Positions 57,705 through 64,000 of a DNA stretch of 64,000 nucleotides are shown here, piece after piece. Every line of letters starts with the position of its first letter. Within the stretch, counting starts at the first letter, position 1. This stretch comes from Roseibacillus sp. (GTDB lineage Bacteria > Verrucomicrobiota > Verrucomicrobiia > Verrucomicrobiales > Akkermansiaceae). The translations under genes were made by a program, and so were the position numbers. The notes under the pieces are model-generated. The model was not told where the DNA came from and searched no databases. It saw nothing but the letters and a program-made list of their open reading frames with translations. The DNA lies in the NCBI GenBank assembly GCA_965242925.1, contig CBDEUM010000034.1, positions 64,001 through 128,000 of the forward strand, in the 5' to 3' direction.

Positions 57705-60155
57705 TTACTTGTTCAGGAAAATATTGGATTGAATAATACGGTGAAAGAGGTCGCGAAGGCGATGTTTGTTTCGGGCGGTATCGGTGACGATGCGATCGAG
57801 CTCGGCGCGATCTGAGAATCCCAGTTCGCGGCCAGTGGCAAAGGTGAGCAGCTTGCCGGCAAAGGCACGGGCGAGTCGGTCATCGTGCTTGGCGAGGTAA
57901 TCGCGGTAGGCGCGGAAATCACGATAGCTGCTGCCATCGAGAAACTTGCCGGAGCTATCCACTGCAGGCCCGAGGCGGTACACTACCTTCCGGCCGCGGA
58001 CGACGGCGTTTACCTTATCGCTGTCCTTACTGCGGTTGCGGAAGTGATCGCGGTGCAGGCCGATTACGTCGAAACTCTCCAGTGCGAACCCAAGGGGATC
58101 AATGTGGTCATGGCAGGAGGCGCAGCTGGCGACATTACGGTGTTTATCTAATAGCTCTCGCAGGGTGGCAGCACCACGGATGTCGGGCTCCACCCCGGGT
58201 ATATTCGGCGGCGGTGGGGTGGGGGTGATGCCGAGGATACGCTCCATGACATAGACCCCACGTACTACGGGTGAGGTGGCCGAGCCGTTGGCCGAGACTT
58301 TCATCACGCTGCCCTGACCGAGGAAGCCGCCGCGCCAACTATTCGCAGGTAATGCCACCTTTCGAAATTGTGAACCGACTACTCCATCGATGCCATAGTG
58401 TTCAGCCAAGCGATCATTGATCATGGCAAAATCGGTCTTCACGATGGCAGACGCGGGATGATTGCCGGCGATTAACTCGTGCAAAAATGCCTCCGTTTCG
58501 CGTGGCATTGAAAAGCGCAAGTAAGGCTCGTATTCCGGATACAGCGTGCGGTCGGGTATGGTGAAATCCATGTCGCGTAGATTCAGCCAGGCCTCGGTGA
58601 AATCGGTGATGAATCGCTCGAAGCGTTTGTCTTTGAGCAACCGCTCGGTTTGCGCGCGGAGATTGGCGCGCAGTTTTCCGGCACGGGCAAGGCTCAGCAA
58701 CCCAGCATCCGGTGCAGTGCGTGTGAGAAAATAGGAGAGCCGACTGGCGAGTGCGTAGTCATCCAGTGCTCCGGCCGGTTCACGTAAGTAAAGGAAATGC
58801 GGTGAACTCAACACTGCGACGGCTGCCGTGCGCAGTGCGGGCTCAAACGTCTCGCTTCTGGCGCGTTCGGCTTGAAAGAGCTTCACGTAGGGGGCTACCT
58901 CCTGTGGACCCACCGGGCGGCGAAAGGCGGCATTCACCAAGCGGCTGAGCGCTTGTTCGGCATCGGCCTTTTCATTGGCTGATTTGATTTCGAACTGCGG
59001 TTTGTACTTCGACTTATTCCGTTCATTCGGGTTGCGAGGCGGAATCTCCACGCGATTGATGCCCTCCAAGATCAGTTTGTGGCCCGCGGATGGGAATTCA
59101 CCCACCAAGGGCCCCTCAACTTCCACCGAGTGAATCGCTAATCCCGGGCCCTTGTACTCTTTTGCGTGAATTTTCTTCGGGCGTCTCCTGCCTAGGTCCG
59201 AGTCCGAAATGCCGTAGGGCTCGACTTGGATCATGTATCCGTCTCCCATGAAGGCCGTCAGTTCTACGACATGCGTCTTGCCGGGAGCGCCGGGTGGAAA
59301 GGAAAAGTATCCGAAGATAGGATTTTCGACTCCTCTCTTGAAGGTTTTCGCGCCCACGGAAAATGTGATCGGGGTCTCAGACTGGTAGGCGAAGCCGCGC
59401 ACCCTGACCCGGTAGAATCCCTCACCACGCGTGTTCGCCGTTCGAATCATGCCTGTTGGGTACCCATACGGCGAAAATCGCACCACCGAGCCGTCCTGTA
59501 GCTTCAGCCGGTTGTCGCCCAAGTAGCGGTCCAGTTTTTCGTCGTCCGTGTACCGCCCTACGCGTTTCTGCGGTTTGGGAGCATCGGTGAACTTGGCGAT
59601 CGCCGTGTCCAGGACAGCTCCGGCGGCTTTGAGGTACATCTGCATGTGCTGCATCGAAACGCCCAGCGCGTGCCCGATGTTATCAAACTCATGTGATCGT
59701 CCGTCCTCCGGAAGCATATCTTTCAGTTCCAGGGACGTGCCGAACATGTCATTCATCGTGTTCTCATATTCACGCCGATTGAGCCGCCGAAGTATTGTTC
59801 CCTTCTCATGTGCATGCTGGGTGAGCAGGGCCTGGCCAAGGTTTTTGCGGATCAGGGAGATTTCTGCAGGAGTTGGCCGGTGCTTTACCTTGGCCGGTGG
59901 CATCTCGCCCTTGTCCACCCGGTCAAAGATCTGCTCCCATTTGGCAAAAGTTGCATCTTCACCCAGTTCGTGTCCCAGTTTTTCCAGATCCAGACCGCCC
60001 TTGGCGGCACCCTCCCCATGACACTCATAACAGTGCGTGGTTAGCACCGGTTGCAGCTTTAAGGCGAAAGAGTCATCGGTCTTCCCGGCGGATGCCGGTT
60101 GCCCTGCGCACCACAAGCCCACCACTGCCGTGATCATGAGAATGAGGCGCTGCAT
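57705..60155 (-). CDS. DUF1592/DUF1588/DUF1587/DUF1595/DUF1585 planctomycete-type cytochrome c protein
   Basis: CYECH and CASCH heme motifs, RRLNRREYENT, ASRLSYFL, TSPVVRG, DPLGFALE. Start at ATG 60155. Confidence 0.9.
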   Translation of the reverse strand: MQRLILMITAVVGLWCAGQPASAGKTDDSFALKLQPVLTTHCYECHGEGAAKGGLDLEKLGHELGEDATFAKWEQIFDRVDKGEMPPAKVKHRPTPAEISLIRKNLGQALLTQHAHEKGTILRRLNRREYENTMNDMFGTSLELKDMLPEDGRSHEFDNIGHALGVSMQHMQMYLKAAGAVLDTAIAKFTDAPKPQKRVGRYTDDEKLDRYLGDNRLKLQDGSVVRFSPYGYPTGMIRTANTRGEGFYRVRVRGFAYQSETPITFSVGAKTFKRGVENPIFGYFSFPPGAPGKTHVVELTAFMGDGYMIQVEPYGISDSDLGRRRPKKIHAKEYKGPGLAIHSVEVEGPLVGEFPSAGHKLILEGINRVEIPPRNPNERNKSKYKPQFEIKSANEKADAEQALSRLVNAAFRRPVGPQEVAPYVKLFQAERARSETFEPALRTAAVAVLSSPHFLYLREPAGALDDYALASRLSYFLTRTAPDAGLLSLARAGKLRANLRAQTERLLKDKRFERFITDFTEAWLNLRDMDFTIPDRTLYPEYEPYLRFSMPRETEAFLHELIAGNHPASAIVKTDFAMINDRLAEHYGIDGVVGSQFRKVALPANSWRGGFLGQGSVMKVSANGSATSPVVRGVYVMERILGITPTPPPPNIPGVEPDIRGAATLRELLDKHRNVASCASCHDHIDPLGFALESFDVIGLHRDHFRNRSKDSDKVNAVVRGRKVVYRLGPAVDSSGKFLDGSSYRDFRAYRDYLAKHDDRLARAFAGKLLTFATGRELGFSDRAELDRIVTDTARNKHRLRDLFHRIIQSNIFLNK

Positions 60156-60332
60156 ATTGTAAAGATAGTGACGTCCCCATCGGTGTGCAAATCGGAACTT
60201 CCTTTCGGTGAGCGAGTCAATCACTTCAAAAGCATTATGATAATGAGGATTTCTCATTGCCTGCCTTGTCGGGGATCATCGCTGCTGTTTGACAATCCCG
60301 CGGTTCGGCGATGAGATGGCTTGGTTGCCTAG

Positions 60333-61936
60333 ATGAAGCTGCACACATTCCTGTTTTTTTGCCTGACAGTGAGCCTTGAGGCGGCGAGCAGGCCGAACAT
60401 TGTCTTCATCCTCGCCGATGACCTCGGTATTGGGGATGTGAAATGCTACGGCGGTGAACGGAGCTTGATCGAGACGCCCAATATCGATCGGTTGGCGCGC
60501 GAGGGATTGCGTTTTACAGATGCGCATGTGCAGGCCTCGGTGTGCGTGCCTACCCGTGTCGCCATCATGACCGGGCGGTATCCCTGGCGCTTTGGCCCTC
60601 CGCAACGTGGCGGGCCGTGGGGTTTTCTGGGGCCGCGTTTTGACACGGATACCTTTACCCTGGGCAAATTGTTTCGCGCGGCGGAGTATCGTACGGGCTA
60701 CGTGGGGAAATGGCATCTCGGCACCAGGATGGTGACCAAGGATGGCAAGGAGCAGGGGCCTTCGAACGTAAATTACAGCAAGCCCATCACAGTGGGACCC
60801 TTGCAACATGGCTTTGATAAGAGCTTCATTCTTCCGGGCTCACTGGATATGTATCCCTATGCCTATGTGCGCAATAATGTCTGGCAGGGGGATGTGAGCG
60901 CGCAAAAGGGGTGGAGTGCCTTTAATCGCGTGGGGCCGGCGGAAAAGGATTTTGAGGATCACGAGGTGATCGAGACCTTGTATGGGGAGGCGGAAAACTT
61001 TATTGGCAACCAATCGGTCAACCAGCCGTTTTTTTTGTTCCTCGCACTCACGGCTCCCCATACGCCGACCAGTCCTGGCAAGGCTTGGCTCGGCAAGAGC
61101 AACCTTGGGGTCTATGGCGATTTCGTGATGGAGGTGGACAGTGCCGTGACACGCGTTCGTGCGGCCCTGGCAAGACCGCAACTGACGGACAACACGCTGA
61201 TCTTGTTTGCCTCGGATCATGGTGCTGCCCCGTATGCTGGAAATATCCTCAAGGCTACGCCGAATCAGCTGCGCCTGCTGGAAAAGAAAGGGCATTACAG
61301 CAGCGGAGCGTATCGTGGCTATAAGTTCAGCGTTTATGAGGGCGGGTTGCGTGTGCCACTGATTGCCCATTGGCCAGGAGTGAGATCGGCGCCGGCGGCA
61401 CGAATGACTCCCTTGTGGGGCTGTGTGATCTGATGGCGACCTTTGCCGACCTGGCCGGGATTGACCTTGATTTAGAGCAGGCACCGGACTCGGTCAGCTT
61501 CGCAAGGCTCTTAACTGATTCGGGGGCAAAAGGTGCGCGACAGAACCTGATCATGCAGTCGATTGGCCCATTCGTGGTGCGTGACGGGGACTGGAAACTC
61601 TGCCTGTGTCCAGGCAGTGGTTCGCACCTTGAGCATGGCAATACTCCGAGGAGGGATGATGCTTGGCGTAAAAGTCTCAAGAAATTCGGCAAAGTGCCAA
61701 CATGGAAGGATCTTTCCAGGGCACCATTTGTGCAACTCTTCAATCTGGCTGATGATCCCCATGAGGACCGTAACCTTGCTGCTCAGGAGTCAAAGCGTGT
61801 GGATCAAATGGTTGCCTTGCTGCGTCAGCAGGTCTCCTCAGGGCGCAGCACGCCAGGACCGGGTATCAACCCCGAACGTTCGCGCATAAACATCAACCAG
61901 CGTTTGCCGGATTTTGTGCGTAAGCTGTTGAAGTAG
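60333..61936 (+). pseudogene. Arylsulfatase split by one frameshift near 61380 (real or sequencing error)
   Basis: RPNIVFILADDLG, CVPTR, GKWHLG, YEGGLRVP..WPG in ORF 60333-61433; the continuation DLMATFA..PDSVSF..QLFNLADDPHE is in ORF 61370-61936. Confidence 0.82.
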
Positions 61937-61967
61937 ATTATCCCAGGTGCGAGGATGTGATTACTGC

Positions 61968-64000
61968 ATGATGAAGCGGCAGATATTACTCCATGGGATC
62001 CTTGCACTGGTTGGCTGGCATCCGCTGGCCGCGAAGCCAGCTGATGACAAGGTTTTTGCCGGGCTGATTCAACCGGTGTTTCAGCAAAGCTGTGTCAAGT
62101 GCCATGGCCGGGACGGGAAGGTGAAGGGCAAGGTGAACCTGCTCAAGATTGCAGGGGTCGCGGACCTGGTCTCCGACCTTGAGCGTCTCGAGACGATTAT
62201 TGACGCGCTTGATGAGCATGAGATGCCACCGGAGAAGGAACCGGAACTCAAGCCCGGGGTGCGCGATCAACTGGTACTGGAACTGCGCAAGCTCCTTCAC
62301 GCCGGGGCGAAGGCGGGGAAGGGCTACGCGCCCACGCCCATCCGCAGGATGAACCGTTTCCAGTATAACAATGCGGTCATGGACCTGCTGAAGCTGAAGG
62401 TCGTGGTCTTTCCCCTCCCGGAGAAGATGATGCGCGACCGCTCCGGTTATTTCCGTCCGGAAACCGGCAAGATGCCCGATCAGCTGGTGGTCAGCAGCCG
62501 CCAGCTTGGCAAATCCGCCCTCATTGAGCCCCGCCTGGCGGGAGTGGGACCCTTTCCGCAGGACCTGCGCGCTGAGCACGGCTTTGATAACCGCGCCGAT
62601 CACCTGACACTCTCGCCCATGCTGATGGAGGCCTTCTTCAAGCTCAGCCGGCGCATTGTACAGAGTCCGAACTTCGACAAGCGGACGGTGGGGATCTGGC
62701 AGGAGTTTTTTGTTCCTCCCGGAAGGAACGCGGAGCTGGAGAACGAGGTGCGGAAGCGACTGCGGGTTTTCCTGGGCCGGGCCTTCCGTCAGCCGGTGGA
62801 GAAGGACCTGCTGGAGAGCTACGTCGGGCACGTGATGGGACAACTCAAGTCGGGCAAGGCATTTCCCGAGGCAATGAAGGAAGCGGTCTCGGCGGTGCTG
62901 GCCTCACCACAGTTCCTCTATCTCTACGATAAGCCTTCCGCAGGTGGTGAAGTCGAGTTGCTGGACGGTTACGGGCTGGCCTCCCGCCTGTCGTTCTTCC
63001 TGTGGGGAAGTATTCCGGATGACAAGCTCCTGGAACTGGCGGCCAGTGGCAAACTGGTGGAGCCGGAGGTGCTGGCGGGGCAGGTCAAGCGGATGCTGCT
63101 CGACCGGAAGCTCAAGCGCTTCTGCGACAGCTTCCCGGCCCAGTGGCTACAGCTGGAACGCATCATTTCATCGTTGCCGGATGAAACGATCTACCGGGAT
63201 TTCTATTACTCGCCTCCCAATTACCGGACCAGCATGGACATGATGATGGAGCCGCTCCTGTTGTTTGAGACGGTGTTGATCGAGAACCGCTCCATCCTTG
63301 AGTTCATCGACGCGGACTACACCTACCGGACGCCCCGCCTGCGCAAGTGGCACGGGGAACCGACCAAGGAGAGGCTTGGCGGGCCGGTGACCCTGAACTT
63401 CAAGCGTCAACCGGTGTCCGATAAGCGGCACGGGGGCGTGATCACCAACGCGGCGGTGATGACGATGACCTCCGGTCCGGACGAGACCCAGCCCATCACG
63501 CGCGGGGCCTGGATCGCGGGGGTGATCTTCAATGACCCGCCCGATCCTCCGCCCGCGGACGTGCCCCCCCTGGGCCGGAAGGAGGAGGGAGGGGAGGACC
63601 TGACCATGCGTGAGCGCTTTGCAGCCCATCGCGAGCGTGCTGATTGTGCGGGCTGCCATGCGCAGCTTGATCCCCTTGGGTTTGCCTTTGAGAATTTCGA
63701 TCCCGTCGGGCGCTGGCGGGAGAAATATGAAAACGGCCGGGAGGTCGATGCCTCAGGGACCCTTTTCCGCAAGCACAGGTTCGGCAACGTGGTGGAGTTC
63801 AAGCAGGCGATCCTGGAAGAGAAGGACAGGTTCACCCGGGCTTTTGCCGAGCACCTGCTTTCCTTTGCCCTCGGGCGTGAGATTACCCCCGCGGACTCGC
63901 CCGCTCTCGACGACATGGTTACGCAGACGATTTCGGCTAATTACAGTATCAGGACCCTGATCGAGGGGGTGACGCAGAGTGCCCCGTTCGTGAGCCGGGC
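61968..64000 (+). CDS. Second DUF1592-family cytochrome c protein, runs off the window end (absent from the ORF track)
   Basis: My translation: MMKRQILLHG..SCVKCHG..RRMNRFQYNN..ASRLSFFLW..TRGAW..CAGCH..DPLGFAFENFD; the 3' end is in frame with the start. Confidence 0.88.
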   Translation, partial: MMKRQILLHGILALVGWHPLAAKPADDKVFAGLIQPVFQQSCVKCHGRDGKVKGKVNLLKIAGVADLVSDLERLETIIDALDEHEMPPEKEPELKPGVRDQLVLELRKLLHAGAKAGKGYAPTPIRRMNRFQYNNAVMDLLKLKVVVFPLPEKMMRDRSGYFRPETGKMPDQLVVSSRQLGKSALIEPRLAGVGPFPQDLRAEHGFDNRADHLTLSPMLMEAFFKLSRRIVQSPNFDKRTVGIWQEFFVPPGRNAELENEVRKRLRVFLGRAFRQPVEKDLLESYVGHVMGQLKSGKAFPEAMKEAVSAVLASPQFLYLYDKPSAGGEVELLDGYGLASRLSFFLWGSIPDDKLLELAASGKLVEPEVLAGQVKRMLLDRKLKRFCDSFPAQWLQLERIISSLPDETIYRDFYYSPPNYRTSMDMMMEPLLLFETVLIENRSILEFIDADYTYRTPRLRKWHGEPTKERLGGPVTLNFKRQPVSDKRHGGVITNAAVMTMTSGPDETQPITRGAWIAGVIFNDPPDPPPADVPPLGRKEEGGEDLTMRERFAAHRERADCAGCHAQLDPLGFAFENFDPVGRWREKYENGREVDASGTLFRKHRFGNVVEFKQAILEEKDRFTRAFAEHLLSFALGREITPADSPALDDMVTQTISANYSIRTLIEGVTQSAPFVSR

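Overview
A GC-rich bacterial window with no rRNA, tRNA, CRISPR array or transposase that I can recognise. Gene content (PEP-CTERM, lamin-tail/CotH giants, DUF1592/DUF1552 pairs, sulfatases, PQQ-like propellers) suggests Verrucomicrobiota/PVC (inference). Most of it is a cell-surface/secreted-protein island. The main observation is a four-gene module that occurs three times in 19.6-51.5 kb. Each copy has (i) an FG-GAP + ASPIC/UnbV (CRTAC1-like) protein, (ii) a lamin-tail/CotH kinase-like giant, (iii) a small PEP-CTERM protein and (iv) a large secreted protein whose N-terminal domain is a near-identical DNA copy of that PEP-CTERM gene. The shared 'payload' domain is LamG in module A and a DUF4082-like domain in modules B and C. 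The module C FG-GAP gene has a single in-frame TGA followed by a SECIS-like hairpin, so it is a candidate new selenoprotein. Three CotH giants carry a swappable guest domain (PA14 or DUF4082-like) at the same loop of a host beta-sandwich. Also present: two PQQ-propeller/malectin paralogs around a repeat-flanked PRMT-like methyltransferase, decayed genes (YHYH, FG-GAP), three single frameshifts, and a sulfatase/DUF1592/DUF1552 cluster at the right end. All family calls come from motif recognition by eye, not database searches.
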